Source: Pseudomonadota bacterium
GTDB lineage: Bacteria; Campylobacterota; Campylobacteria; Campylobacterales; Sulfurimonadaceae
DNA length: 64,000 nt
Assembly: GCA_043797085.1 (NCBI GenBank)
Contig: JAZDQA010000005.1
Span: 128,001-192,000, forward strand
Reading direction: 5' to 3'
Shown here: positions 22,017-32,911 of the stretch, one piece after another
Numbering within the stretch: position 1 is the first letter of the stretch
Layout of the letters: each line of letters begins with the position of its first letter
Notes under the pieces: model-generated
What the model was told of the DNA's origin: nothing
Database searches by the model: none
Seen by the model: the letters and a program-made list of their open reading frames with translations, nothing else
Program-made: the position numbers and the translations under genes

Positions 22017-23951
22017 ATGACTGAATCACAAATATACGATACATTAAAGAATGATGGCTTTTTAATTACCCCTTATTGCTCTTTTGGACTGACTGAAACT
22101 CCTTCGATCGATTTTTTCCCTATTGCACTCAAAATAGAGTCTGATAAGGTAGTGCATAAAAGCAATTTTGGTGCGGTCAAGCTCAATATTAACTCGATGG
22201 AAGCACTCGAAGATGCCAAAGCTGAGATTATTGCCAATATACGAGCCAAAGATGTACTTCTCGATGCGACTGACCGATTTATCGCAACTCAGATGGTCAG
22301 CGGTATCGAACTGTATGTGGGGCTTGTGGACGATGATATATTTGGTAAAACCATTGTCTTTGGGATGGGTGGTGTATTTTTAGAACTCTATAAAGATGTT
22401 TGTTATATCGATATTTATGCGGATGAGGCAGAGATACAACGCGCTATTGGACTGACTAAAATATCCAAAGTCTTTGAAGGTTTCCGGAGTTTTGATTTTA
22501 GCATTAATACCGCTGTTACATTTATTCGGCGTGTCCAAAACTTTGCCAAGGCTAATCCTGACATTATAGAACTCGATTTTAATCCCGTTATACTGACCAA
22601 AGAAGGGTTGAAAATTGCCGATGCCCGTATCAAAAAAGGGGAACCAAAACCTGAAAAATTGGGAACGTTACGAGAGAATAGACCTCCGTTTTTTAGTAAC
22701 GAAAGGGTTGTTCTCATCGGTGCCTCTTCAGATCCAACCAAAGTCGGTTATTCTATCGCCAAAAATTCTCTGAGTTATGGCGGTGAACTGTTTTTTGTGA
22801 ATGCCAAGGGGGGTGAACTTTTCGGTAAAAAACTTTATACGAGCATTGCGCACATAGAGGGAGATATTGATACGGCGGTTATTATGATCCCCTCAAATAC
22901 TGTTATAGAGTCTATTAAAGAGTTAATTCCCAGAAATCTTAGAAATCTCATTATCATCTCTGCAGGGTTTAAAGAAACGGGGGATAATGAGTCTGAACAG
23001 CTCATTGCAACGCTGAGTAAAGAGCACAATTTTAATGTAATCGGTCCCAACTGTTTGGGGTATCTCCATGGTGCTGAAAATCTCAATCTAACGTTTGGGA
23101 TTGATGGATTAAAAAATGGAAACTTGGCACTTCTCTCCCAATCGGGTGCTGTACTGTCTGCCCTTATGGATAAAGCGTATGATGCGGGAGTCGGTTTTTC
23201 CCATCTCGTCTCGTGCGGTAATATGGTGGATTTGGACTTTGCAGAGATGATCGATATGCTCAACCGTGAGGAGACGTGTGAAACTATCTCGATCTATGCC
23301 GAAGGGATACAAAACGGCAAAGAGTTTTTACGAGCGATTCGGGAAAGTCAAAAGAAAATCTACATCTTTAAAACAGGGAAATCCGCACAGAGTAAAAAAG
23401 CGGCTTTTTCACATACGGGCAATCTCAGCGGAAATTATGCGATGTTTAAAGGGCTTATCGAATCGGTGGGGGCAAAGATAGAGGAGAATATCGAGGCACT
23501 TTTGTTTAACCCTTCCAATGAAGTCAATAGTGTTTTAATCGTTACCAATGCCGGCGGTCCTGCTACGATCTTGACCGATTATATCATCGATCAGGGTAAA
23601 ACGCTTTATACACTTAGCGACGCTGAACTCAATGCACTTAATGAAGTGCTTCCTTCCAACTGGTCCAAAAATAATCCCGTGGACATTATCGGGGATGCAA
23701 TGGCAAACCGATATGAAAAGACACTGGAAGTGGTGAGCAAATTCAAGGGGGTTGATTTGATCTATCTCCTCATCACCCCTCAGCTCATGACAGACACGCT
23801 TGCCATCGTACAGTTGTGTGAGCGAGAGTGGGGCAAAAAGATATACCCGATACTTTTGGGCGGTCATGAGATGGAAGAGGCAAAAAATTATCTCCGAAGC
23901 CGACAAAAGCTTTTTTTCAAAACCCTTCAATCGGCAACGTCGTTTTTATAG
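22017..23951 (+). CDS. ADP-forming acetate/acyl-CoA ligase with N-terminal ATP-grasp
   Basis: VHKS and ELDFNP ATP-grasp motifs, then GAS...GPNCLG, SQSGA, SHTG, NAGG, NPVD. Confidence 0.85.
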   Translation: MTESQIYDTLKNDGFLITPYCSFGLTETPSIDFFPIALKIESDKVVHKSNFGAVKLNINSMEALEDAKAEIIANIRAKDVLLDATDRFIATQMVSGIELYVGLVDDDIFGKTIVFGMGGVFLELYKDVCYIDIYADEAEIQRAIGLTKISKVFEGFRSFDFSINTAVTFIRRVQNFAKANPDIIELDFNPVILTKEGLKIADARIKKGEPKPEKLGTLRENRPPFFSNERVVLIGASSDPTKVGYSIAKNSLSYGGELFFVNAKGGELFGKKLYTSIAHIEGDIDTAVIMIPSNTVIESIKELIPRNLRNLIIISAGFKETGDNESEQLIATLSKEHNFNVIGPNCLGYLHGAENLNLTFGIDGLKNGNLALLSQSGAVLSALMDKAYDAGVGFSHLVSCGNMVDLDFAEMIDMLNREETCETISIYAEGIQNGKEFLRAIRESQKKIYIFKTGKSAQSKKAAFSHTGNLSGNYAMFKGLIESVGAKIEENIEALLFNPSNEVNSVLIVTNAGGPATILTDYIIDQGKTLYTLSDAELNALNEVLPSNWSKNNPVDIIGDAMANRYEKTLEVVSKFKGVDLIYLLITPQLMTDTLAIVQLCEREWGKKIYPILLGGHEMEEAKNYLRSRQKLFFKTLQSATSFL

Positions 23952-23959
23952 GTTGTGCT

Positions 23960-25396
23960 TTACGACGAGCAGCTCAGCTTTAGATTCTGATTTTGAGGCG
24001 GTGTGACTCCTGCGTAGCGTTCAAATTTTTCGTGTTCATCATACGGATTTTGCGCTAATAGGAGCAAGTCGTTGACGAGGGTAAAATCGTTTTTTTCGGC
24101 TAAGTCGATGGCTTCTTGGAGAATGTAGTTTTTGAGAATGTACTTGGGGTTGACACGAAGCATCTGTGCGTGGCGGACAGCCGTCGTGGAAGTATTATTT
24201 TCTAAGCGCTTGTCATAAAGATCAAGCCATTCGTTCAACTGATTAGGAGCTAGCGTGAGGGAGAGCAAGGGAGCTCTATCTCCGTTATAACGGCTTAAAG
24301 TTCGAAAGAATGGAGTCATATCGATACGTCCGTTCTCCATCACAGTAAAAAGTGAACGGAGTAATTCTCCATCGTTTTCCTCTGCACTTTCCAGTCCCAG
24401 TTTTGCTCTTAACAGCTCCATGAGGCGGGTTGTAAAATACTCTCCGTATTTTTCGAGCTCTTTTTCCATCTTTTCTTGCGTGATGAGAGGAGAGAGGGCG
24501 CGTCCCAGTTGTGAGAGATTCCAATATCCGATACGAGGCTGATTGTCAAAACTGTAACGCCCTTCATTATCCGTATGGTTGCAGATGTAACCGCTCTCGA
24601 AAGTATCCATAAAAGCAAACGGACCGTAATCGATGGTGATACCGATAGCGGACATGTTATCGGTATTCATTACACCATGGTTAAATCCAACCGATTGCCA
24701 ATGGGCAATCATGTGTGCGGTACGTTTGATAATTTCACCAAACATTTTTGCATAAGCATCTTCAGTGTCAAGTAGATGAGGAAAAGACTCTTTGAGTAAA
24801 AAATCGGCGAGTTTTTCGAGCTTATCATGCGCGTTGGTGTGAAAAAAGTATTCAAAACTTCCAAATCGTATCCATGAGGGGGAGAGTCGTAAAACGATAG
24901 CCCCACGTTCCCAACTCTCTCTAGCTACTTTTTCATCGGAGCTGATAATAGCCAGTGCGCGAGAGGTCGGTATTCCCAATCCATGCATTGCTTCACTCAT
25001 CAAATACTCACGTATGGAAGAGCGCAAGACAGCACGACCGTCACCTTGACGTGAATAGAGGGTTTGTCCAGAACCTTTGAGCTGTAGATTCCAGCCATTA
25101 TTAGAGCCTAAGTTAATCGCACGACCATCACCCAAACGAGGGACATAATAGCCAAACTGATGACCGGAATAACACATAGCAAAGGGGCGTGAGCCTTCCA
25201 GCAAAGTTGTACCATTGAGTAAAGATTCCAATTCTTTACTATCAATTTTATCGGGATTTAAACCTAGAAGGTTGAGTGCATCGTTATTAAGACTGACGAG
25301 AGTTGGATTTTTTAAGGGTGTTGGATGCACTTCATGGTAGAAAATCGGATCAAGATCAAGATAGGGAGCGGTGAGGGTTAGGTTTGATAATTTCAT
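23960..25396 (-). CDS. selO: SelO/YdiU protein adenylyltransferase
   Basis: GHQFG, LGDGRA, KGSG, REYLMSE, HGVMNTDN, IDYGP; ends in CSS. Confidence 0.95.
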   Translation of the reverse strand: MKLSNLTLTAPYLDLDPIFYHEVHPTPLKNPTLVSLNNDALNLLGLNPDKIDSKELESLLNGTTLLEGSRPFAMCYSGHQFGYYVPRLGDGRAINLGSNNGWNLQLKGSGQTLYSRQGDGRAVLRSSIREYLMSEAMHGLGIPTSRALAIISSDEKVARESWERGAIVLRLSPSWIRFGSFEYFFHTNAHDKLEKLADFLLKESFPHLLDTEDAYAKMFGEIIKRTAHMIAHWQSVGFNHGVMNTDNMSAIGITIDYGPFAFMDTFESGYICNHTDNEGRYSFDNQPRIGYWNLSQLGRALSPLITQEKMEKELEKYGEYFTTRLMELLRAKLGLESAEENDGELLRSLFTVMENGRIDMTPFFRTLSRYNGDRAPLLSLTLAPNQLNEWLDLYDKRLENNTSTTAVRHAQMLRVNPKYILKNYILQEAIDLAEKNDFTLVNDLLLLAQNPYDEHEKFERYAGVTPPQNQNLKLSCSS

Positions 25397-25458
25397 GCTA
25401 AGAGTTTTACCTCAAAAAGATAAAACCCATAGGTGTGAATTAAAGAAGTTTATTTTTT

Positions 25459-27261
25459 TTAGGAATTTAATACAAATTTTTTCTCTTCACCTTCACGTCG
25501 AAGAGAAACTTTCGTGACTGTTCCATTGGGTGAAAGAGTATATTTTTGGGATGTTTTAGGATCAACAAATAAAATCTGCGTGTGACCGTTATAGCTGCCG
25601 TTATGGTTGATTGTGGCGTGTAAGTCAGCATCATACAGTTTATTGAGCGCATCTTCAATCGTGTGGATGTGATCTTCATGCTCTTTGATGACGATTTGTT
25701 CTTCACCAAGTTGCGAAAGAGCAAATTTGAATTGTTGTACGCGAACCATATCTGCTTTAACAGGAAGCTGATGATGTGCTATGGCTTCTTTTATTTTCAG
25801 TTGAGTTTGTTTGATACGATTCATTTGTTCTTTTAGCGCGAGCTCTTTGCCTAGAAGTTCTTTGCCTTTATTCTGAATATGGAGATTTGCTTTTTTTAAT
25901 TCCACTTCAAGGGTGTTGATTTGTTCTTCGTATGAAGGGATTGCACGAGGATTGATGATGAGATTATTTCCCTCACCAACAATTGTATTAATCGTAATAG
26001 AGTTAAGGGCGGTAATTTTAGCGTTGGAATAAAGAATATCGATTGTGACATGATTGGCGATAATCTCGCCTCCCATCATTTTACTGACATGAACGGTATG
26101 GGCTTCTATTTTCCCCGCTTCTAAAATTTCTATCGTCGCATTTTTAGCTTTTAAATCACCTCGATGGAGATGAATCGTGGCATTTTCTTGGACTTCAATA
26201 AGTGATTTTTTATGGGTTTGCGCTCCGATGGTGACATCACATGCCTGAATTTTTGTGTTGCTTCCTACGGTACCTTGGACATCTAGGGTTTGAACGTCGA
26301 TATTGACTCCTGAACCAACCGCATCTTTAGTCTTATCTTCATGGCTTATTTTGACATGAATATCTTTGTCGCTTCCAGCTTCTATCGAGCCTGTGTCTTT
26401 GAAGCTTGCATGTTTTAGATGAAGTTCATGTGCGATGGAAAAAATGCCATTGACACGTTGGACGAAGCCCGATTGTGTAGCATAGAAACGAATAGAGAGG
26501 GTATCTTCTTCGGCTCGTATCGTTTTGTGGTCGATGGTAATGGCTTTGGCATAGCGAATAAGAGGCTCACCTACGTGGAGAAATTCCCCTGTACAACTGC
26601 GTCCATTACGTCCATTGACGGCAAAAATATACTCAAAGATCAAATCATCAGGCAAAACCCCTTCAATAAGATTATTGACATGTGCCTTTGTTTTATAATG
26701 AAGTATTACTGTGTCATTTATCGGTTGTATCGGGGGAAAGAAACGTGTGACACCCATTCGATACGGTTCTTGTAATCTTCCTTCTTTTTGAATCTTGAGA
26801 AGTAGTTGATTGATTTGGCTGTCAAGGTCACTTTCTGTGATACCGATAAGCAAGCCTGCACGAAGTTTTTTGGCACGAATTTCTTTTTTGATGTAATCTT
26901 GAATCCCTTTTTTCAGAGGGATGATGGAAGAAGGGTCAATGACTATAATGGCTTTTGTCTTGTTTTTATCCGATGCTAAAGTCAAATGAAGATCAAAATG
27001 CGGATGCGGTTGTAAGGGATGAATGATAATCTGATATTCTTGTCGAACTTCAAAAGGAGAAGCTCGTATTTCAACCTCAGTAGTTACTTCCTCTAGTCGT
27101 GAAGCATCTAAAATACGCCACTCTTCGTCCACAGTTCCCCGATAGTAGGTGTGATAGGAGAGGAGATCAAATCCGATTTTTTCAATCGGAATCCCCGCAT
27201 CCTGTGCTGCTTGTGTTAATGCAGTGTTGACATTTGATGTCGTTATTTTAAAGGCTTGCAC
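25459..27261 (-). CDS. Flagellar assembly protein A (FapA/DUF342) family
   Basis: Campylobacterota-type FapA with GRSCTG, VGSGVNI, GAQTH beta-helix and coiled coil. Confidence 0.7.
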   Translation of the reverse strand: MQAFKITTSNVNTALTQAAQDAGIPIEKIGFDLLSYHTYYRGTVDEEWRILDASRLEEVTTEVEIRASPFEVRQEYQIIIHPLQPHPHFDLHLTLASDKNKTKAIIVIDPSSIIPLKKGIQDYIKKEIRAKKLRAGLLIGITESDLDSQINQLLLKIQKEGRLQEPYRMGVTRFFPPIQPINDTVILHYKTKAHVNNLIEGVLPDDLIFEYIFAVNGRNGRSCTGEFLHVGEPLIRYAKAITIDHKTIRAEEDTLSIRFYATQSGFVQRVNGIFSIAHELHLKHASFKDTGSIEAGSDKDIHVKISHEDKTKDAVGSGVNIDVQTLDVQGTVGSNTKIQACDVTIGAQTHKKSLIEVQENATIHLHRGDLKAKNATIEILEAGKIEAHTVHVSKMMGGEIIANHVTIDILYSNAKITALNSITINTIVGEGNNLIINPRAIPSYEEQINTLEVELKKANLHIQNKGKELLGKELALKEQMNRIKQTQLKIKEAIAHHQLPVKADMVRVQQFKFALSQLGEEQIVIKEHEDHIHTIEDALNKLYDADLHATINHNGSYNGHTQILFVDPKTSQKYTLSPNGTVTKVSLRREGEEKKFVLNS

Positions 27262-27266
27262 GTGCG

Positions 27267-28976
27267 TTAAGGCTCGATAATAGAAACGGCTTTGCGTTCA
27301 TGAAAACTAAAATGTTTTTCCAGATTTGAGTTGTCCAATAAGACAGGGACAACAATCAAGGAAGCGACTACCGCTGCAATGGTACCAAAAATGAGCGAAA
27401 CACCCAATCCGCCAAATACCGCATCACTTGCCAGAAGTGTAGACGCTAGAATGATCGCTGCTGCGGTGAGGAAAATGGGTTTGGCTCTTGTTGCTGCTGC
27501 ATAAGCAATCGCCTCTTTTTTGTGCATCCCTTTATCGACCATCAGTGATTTGGTAAAGTCAATGAGCAAAAGTGAATTACGTGAACTGATACCGATGAGG
27601 GCAATAAATCCTATGAGCGAGGTTGCGGTTAGGAAAAAAGTATCCGCCGTAAACAAGTCCATAATAAAGTGACCAAAAAGTACCCCTACGATGGAGAGAA
27701 AGCTTCCAAGCAAGATGATTCCGCTAAGAACAAAGCTCTTATAATAAATAACCATCAATAAAAAGATAAGGACGAGTGCCGCGATAAAAGCACCGCCTAA
27801 ATCGACAAAGGTATCGAGAGTAACTTCCATCTCACCGTCCCAAATCAATTCATAACGTTCTTTGGATTTTTTGTCGATGAGTTCGAGATTGAAAAGACCG
27901 ATTTTATGAATCTCATACTCATCTGTAAAGGTATCTAACATAACGTTACGTGCATCCATAAGAGGATAAACTTGGGAAACCATATCGGTTTCTGCTAACA
28001 CATTCGTCATTTGGTGGAGATTTTTCGTCACAATCATCGGATTGGATTTTACCGATACGATTTCAACGACTTCGGTGAGAGGAATCATCATTCCCATGCT
28101 GTTCATCAGTTTTAGACTCGAAAGTTTAAGAGAGATTGCATTGAGATCTTTGGAGCTGAATTTTTTACTTGCAGGGTCAAGAACCAAGAAAATAGGGATC
28201 TGCTCAGATACTTCCGAAGAATTTTTAACGGCAATAGACATACCTTCAAATGCAAGGTATAAAATATCATTGACGTGTTTGATGTCTAAACCTGAGCGGG
28301 CAATTTTATCGCTGTTGACACGTACTTCGATCTTTTCAAAAATTTCATCTTGCATGATATCAATATCAACAAGTCCTTTTGTCTGTTCAAAGACACCTTG
28401 TACACGTTGGCTTAGATGTCGAATACCGGATGCATTATTGCCGTATACTTCTGCCACGATAGCGGCCATCGTTGGAGGACCTGCGGGCGGTTCAATGAAT
28501 TTGATATTGGTTTGAGGGATGATGCTCTCGCATTGTTTTTGTATCTCTGGACGAAGACGCTGCACCATCATGTATGAAGGTTCGGAACGGTCGTGTTTTT
28601 TGGTAAGATTAAGAACGACTTCCGCAACATTTTCAGAATTTTTGAAATGAGAGCCTTTGATAAGTCCTGCAAAATCAAGCGGTGAACCTGAACCTAAAAA
28701 GACTTCCATATCGAGTGCTTCAGGCTCTTTTTGAAGAATAGTGGTGACACACTGGCTAACGCGCTGGGTTTGCTCGATCGAGCTTCCGCTTGGGAGATCA
28801 ATGTAGACCGAATAGGTATCGTTGTTTTTTCCGGGGAGCATTTTTGCCATGACAAGTTCCGTTGGTATCATCGCAATCGAGAGGATAAATGCAGCGAGCG
28901 TCAGCCAAAGAAACAGCTTTTTTTTAGACGGAGAATTAAGAACAGCCAATAGATAATTTTCAAATTTTTGATACAT
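27267..28976 (-). CDS. RND (AcrB/AcrD/AcrF) permease, C-terminal half
   Basis: GISSRNSLLLIDF, RAKPIFLT, TM bundle. Confidence 0.88.
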   Translation of the reverse strand: MYQKFENYLLAVLNSPSKKKLFLWLTLAAFILSIAMIPTELVMAKMLPGKNNDTYSVYIDLPSGSSIEQTQRVSQCVTTILQKEPEALDMEVFLGSGSPLDFAGLIKGSHFKNSENVAEVVLNLTKKHDRSEPSYMMVQRLRPEIQKQCESIIPQTNIKFIEPPAGPPTMAAIVAEVYGNNASGIRHLSQRVQGVFEQTKGLVDIDIMQDEIFEKIEVRVNSDKIARSGLDIKHVNDILYLAFEGMSIAVKNSSEVSEQIPIFLVLDPASKKFSSKDLNAISLKLSSLKLMNSMGMMIPLTEVVEIVSVKSNPMIVTKNLHQMTNVLAETDMVSQVYPLMDARNVMLDTFTDEYEIHKIGLFNLELIDKKSKERYELIWDGEMEVTLDTFVDLGGAFIAALVLIFLLMVIYYKSFVLSGIILLGSFLSIVGVLFGHFIMDLFTADTFFLTATSLIGFIALIGISSRNSLLLIDFTKSLMVDKGMHKKEAIAYAAATRAKPIFLTAAAIILASTLLASDAVFGGLGVSLIFGTIAAVVASLIVVPVLLDNSNLEKHFSFHERKAVSIIEP

Positions 28977-30568
28977 TAGTGAGCCTCTGTAGGATGTTGA
29001 GGTTTTTTGAGCAATCGTATTGCTAAATAAGGAGTAAAGATGTAAGCAACAAAGAGCGATGCAATAAGTGCGACAGGGACATTGGCAGGGATTGGTTTCA
29101 TAAACTGACCCATCATCTGACCAACAAATGCCATAGGAACCATGGTCAAAATAATCGCGAGAGTGGCAATGTTGGTAGGTGCTCCAATCTCATCGGTGGC
29201 TTCAACCATCAGCTGATCTGCATCCCTTTCATGTGCGTTGGGGGCGTGAAAATGGCGATGGATATTTTCAATAACGATAATAGCAGCATCGACCAGTAAT
29301 CCAAGACTCAGCAAGAATGCAAAAAGGGTGATACGGTTAATCGTTTGACCTGTCAGATAGGCGATGAAAAGAGTAATCGCCAAAATCGCCGGAACGGTAA
29401 AGGTCACGATAAGCGACTCTCTCCATCCCAAAACAAAGGCAAGTAAGATAGCGATAATCACGATGGAGAGCAAGAGGTGAAAGACCAGCTCATTAACCGC
29501 TTCATTCGCGCGTTCACCGTCATTTCGGGTAATCACGTAGTGAATCCCTTGAGCTTCCATAAGCGATTTGTATTTGGTCAGCTCTGATTTAACGGCATCG
29601 GCGATGATGACGGAATTTGTCCCTTGCAGTTTTGAAACAGTTAGGGTCACTTGATCTTTGAGAGGAGAGAATTTGCCATCGCTTCCTTTGACACTCACAA
29701 GTGCGGATTTGAAGTTTTGTATGTCTTGCCCTGAAGTAACGGTGGCAACATCACGCAAATAGATAGCAGAACCGCCGTATTGTGCAACGATAATGTTTCC
29801 GACATCGTCAACACTTTCAATCGCATTTTTGACCCCGATCATCACAATCTCATTTGCCTCTGTTTTCCCTTTTATTTCAGGAACATTGTACGAGAGAGCT
29901 TGGATGGATTGGACGATTTGTCCCAGTGAGAGATTGTAACCTGAGAGGCGATTAATATCGACTTGGACATTAAACTGATGTTTTTTTGCCCCCTTGATAT
30001 CGGTAACAGCGACGTTAGGAAGACCGTTGATATGGTGCTGTATGAATTTGACACGGTCATAGAGAATAGTAGGATTGATAGCCGGATTATTGGAGTAAAA
30101 AGCGACGGATACGATGGGAATATCGACGTCAATGTCGAGAGGTTTGATAATCGGCTGCATTGCACCTTTGGGGAGAATGCCCATATTTTGCATAATTTTG
30201 TCATATATTTTAAGGTTGGAGTCCTCTTTTGCTTCACCTATAAAAAAAGCGGCATTGATGACGGCAACATTATCCATCGCCATTCCGTGGATGCTTTCAA
30301 TCCCTTTTACTTCTTTGAGTTTACGCTCTAGGGGTTTGACAATAACATTTTCAATCTCTTTTGCCGTCGCACCGGGCATGGCAATGATGACGGTTGATCC
30401 ACTGACCACCATTTGAGGGTTTTCTTCACGCGGCATGAGCATGAGGGCAATGTAGCCGATAATGATGAGGAATATTCCTAAAATCGGGGTAAGCGGATTG
30501 CGTAAAAAACCAAGAGCGAGTTTTCCTGCAGAATCTTTGGGATGATAAGGTGTGCTATGAGACATCAA
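28976..30568 (-). CDS. RND permease, N-terminal half
   Basis: PREENPQ, GLLVDAAIIVIENIHR. Confidence 0.88.
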   Translation of the reverse strand: MMSHSTPYHPKDSAGKLALGFLRNPLTPILGIFLIIIGYIALMLMPREENPQMVVSGSTVIIAMPGATAKEIENVIVKPLERKLKEVKGIESIHGMAMDNVAVINAAFFIGEAKEDSNLKIYDKIMQNMGILPKGAMQPIIKPLDIDVDIPIVSVAFYSNNPAINPTILYDRVKFIQHHINGLPNVAVTDIKGAKKHQFNVQVDINRLSGYNLSLGQIVQSIQALSYNVPEIKGKTEANEIVMIGVKNAIESVDDVGNIIVAQYGGSAIYLRDVATVTSGQDIQNFKSALVSVKGSDGKFSPLKDQVTLTVSKLQGTNSVIIADAVKSELTKYKSLMEAQGIHYVITRNDGERANEAVNELVFHLLLSIVIIAILLAFVLGWRESLIVTFTVPAILAITLFIAYLTGQTINRITLFAFLLSLGLLVDAAIIVIENIHRHFHAPNAHERDADQLMVEATDEIGAPTNIATLAIILTMVPMAFVGQMMGQFMKPIPANVPVALIASLFVAYIFTPYLAIRLLKKPQHPTEAH

Positions 30569-30573
30569 AACTC

Positions 30574-31359
30574 CTAATTTAATTCAACAGTAGCGTACAT
30601 TCCAGGGTAGACGGTTTGTTTTGCGCTAAAGGAGACTTTGATTTTAAACGTATGGGTCATAGGATTAGAGCTTGGGACAACAGAGCTGATGGTTCCGATT
30701 CCCACAAAACCTGTTGAAGGAATTGAGACTTTTACTTTTTTACCGATAGGAGCCATTTTTAGAGCACTTTCTGCCACTTCTACTTCGATTTTAAGAGTCG
30801 ATAAATCGGACAATACGATTGCAGGCATCCCTGGCATTGCCATTTCGCCTACTTTGATGTTTTTAGAGATTACTACTCCGTTGTTTGGAGCTTTGATTTG
30901 TAAATATTGGTATTGATTGGTAACTTCTTTTTGGCGAGCTTTCGCTTGAGAGACTTGGCGCTCGGAAATCTTGATCGTATTTCTAAGATTTTTTTCGGCA
31001 AGTTCAAGATTTTCAAGTTCATAACGACTTACCATGTCTTGTTGGTACAAGCGACGGTGGCGTTCAAGATTCACTTTGAGATTTTCATACTGATTTTGAT
31101 ACATTTGTTGCGCCAACTCTGCTTGAGCGATACCCATCTCTACTTGGGTTTTAGCGGAATCGATTTCGCGTGAATCAATTGTATAAAGCAAATCTCCTTT
31201 ACGAACACGTGAACCCTCAGAGACGTTTACCGAGGTGACAAAGCCCATATTACGACTGGTAATCATTTTTTGGTTGTCGGAGATAATGACACCGGAAAGA
31301 ATAAGCCCAGCTGCGTTTAAAGCTGCACCTAGGGCGAGAAGAGAGAAGATGATTTTCAT
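30574..31359 (-). CDS. RND efflux periplasmic adaptor (MFP)
   Basis: V.EG..V.KGDLL lipoyl half-motif, IKAPNNGVV, YPGMYA. Confidence 0.9.
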   Translation of the reverse strand: MKIIFSLLALGAALNAAGLILSGVIISDNQKMITSRNMGFVTSVNVSEGSRVRKGDLLYTIDSREIDSAKTQVEMGIAQAELAQQMYQNQYENLKVNLERHRRLYQQDMVSRYELENLELAEKNLRNTIKISERQVSQAKARQKEVTNQYQYLQIKAPNNGVVISKNIKVGEMAMPGMPAIVLSDLSTLKIEVEVAESALKMAPIGKKVKVSIPSTGFVGIGTISSVVPSSNPMTHTFKIKVSFSAKQTVYPGMYATVELN

Positions 31360-32726
31360 TGATTGGCTCCATAGCTTAGTTTTTCAAGGGCAAAAATACG
31401 TTCATTTCGTTGATTTTTAACCATTTGAAGATTGATAATTTTTTCGATTTGCTGAGATTGTTTGATGATAAGATCACTCATCGATGTGAGATTCTCACGA
31501 TAGCGTCCTTCATAACTTTTATAGATTTGGGTTGAGAGGTTGAGTTCTTTTTCCAAACTTGCTACTTGATAGTCCAAGCTTTCGATTTCGGTTTGGATTT
31601 TGTCATACTGGAGGGCAATCCCTTTTTTGGCGAGTTCCACTTCGGTTGACGTTTTAAGATGATCAATCCGTGCCTTTTCCAGAGTATGTGCATCAATTCC
31701 GCCGTTGTACAAGTTCCAGCTTAGACGTGCGCCGATCGTGTAGGCAGCATGGTCGCTGAATTTTCCTAAAAACGTATTGTCAGCACTGGATGCTTCGGCA
31801 AATGCACCCACAGTCGGAAGATAAGGAGCCGTTGCCACATCAAGCATGGAGGAGCGAATTTTCAATCCATGAGAGGCTTTTTTGAGGTCACTGTTATTCG
31901 CGATAACATCCGCTTCTGTAATTGCAGCAGAAGCACGATCATCTGAAGGTGCTGCTATGTCGGTAACTTTTTGGTTTAGGAGAAAGCTTAAATAGTGGTA
32001 GAGAAGTTTTTTGTTGGCTTGCATTTCCAAAATCATCCGATCGACATTTGCTTTTTTGGCTTCGACTTCGAGTAAATCAACTTTTTTGGCATATCCTTCT
32101 TGCAACATCTGCTTTGTTGTGGATTGCAATGTTGCGATGTTTTTTTGAATCACTTGTAATTTTTCAATAGAGTGATTGAGAAGAGCCATATCGTAGTAGC
32201 TTTTTCGGGTTTCGTAGATTTTTTCTGCTGTTACCTTGGTGGTGTCAAGCTGTTTGATCTTTTCCATCTCTTGAGCTATTTTTTCATAACTGCCCAGTTT
32301 CCCACCCGTATAAAGGGGAACAGCGTAAGTGAGCTTGCTTTGAAAAAAGTTTTGGTAGCCGGGGTAATTTAGATTTTTAGGTGGTGTTACATAATCTGGT
32401 CCACTAGGATTAGCAGTACTGGCCATAAATTCTTGAGCCCCGAAATCCCCAAACGTAGCTTCGCGTGAACTGAGTTTAAATCCAAACACATTTCCTGCAT
32501 CATTGGAGCGGATAACATTTTGAGTAAAATCAAGCGCACCATAACTGTAACCTTGAGAAAGGGATACATCATTTTGTGCGTTTTTAGCTTCCAGCGAGGC
32601 TGCTTTTATCTCTAAATTTTGTTCTTTAAGCAGTGAAATCGCCTCATTTAGAGACAATGGAGCTGCACCGAGGTTGAGAACACTTAGAAGTAACGCAAGT
32701 GTTAATCGTTGTGTGGGAGATGCCAT
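31356..32726 (-). CDS. TolC family outer-membrane efflux protein
   Basis: Signal peptide; PLYTGG and WNLYNGG OEP repeats. Confidence 0.88.
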   Translation of the reverse strand: MASPTQRLTLALLLSVLNLGAAPLSLNEAISLLKEQNLEIKAASLEAKNAQNDVSLSQGYSYGALDFTQNVIRSNDAGNVFGFKLSSREATFGDFGAQEFMASTANPSGPDYVTPPKNLNYPGYQNFFQSKLTYAVPLYTGGKLGSYEKIAQEMEKIKQLDTTKVTAEKIYETRKSYYDMALLNHSIEKLQVIQKNIATLQSTTKQMLQEGYAKKVDLLEVEAKKANVDRMILEMQANKKLLYHYLSFLLNQKVTDIAAPSDDRASAAITEADVIANNSDLKKASHGLKIRSSMLDVATAPYLPTVGAFAEASSADNTFLGKFSDHAAYTIGARLSWNLYNGGIDAHTLEKARIDHLKTSTEVELAKKGIALQYDKIQTEIESLDYQVASLEKELNLSTQIYKSYEGRYRENLTSMSDLIIKQSQQIEKIINLQMVKNQRNERIFALEKLSYGANQ

Positions 32727-32911
32727 TGGGAGAAACCCTCCTTGTGATTTATTTGTGATACTTATAGCTTAGATAAGATAATTATACTATTTACAAGTTT
32801 AAAAGAGTCAAAATATTCATAATCTACCTAAGATGATACCATAAAAATATGAGGGTTTGATATTCAAAGCCAATTAGGGTAAAATTCGGATAATTATATA
32901 CAGGGGAAGAC

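Noticed and set aside
23960..25396. Selenoprotein (Sec) form of SelO
   Set aside because: The C-terminus is Cys-Ser-Ser followed by TAA, with no in-frame UGA.
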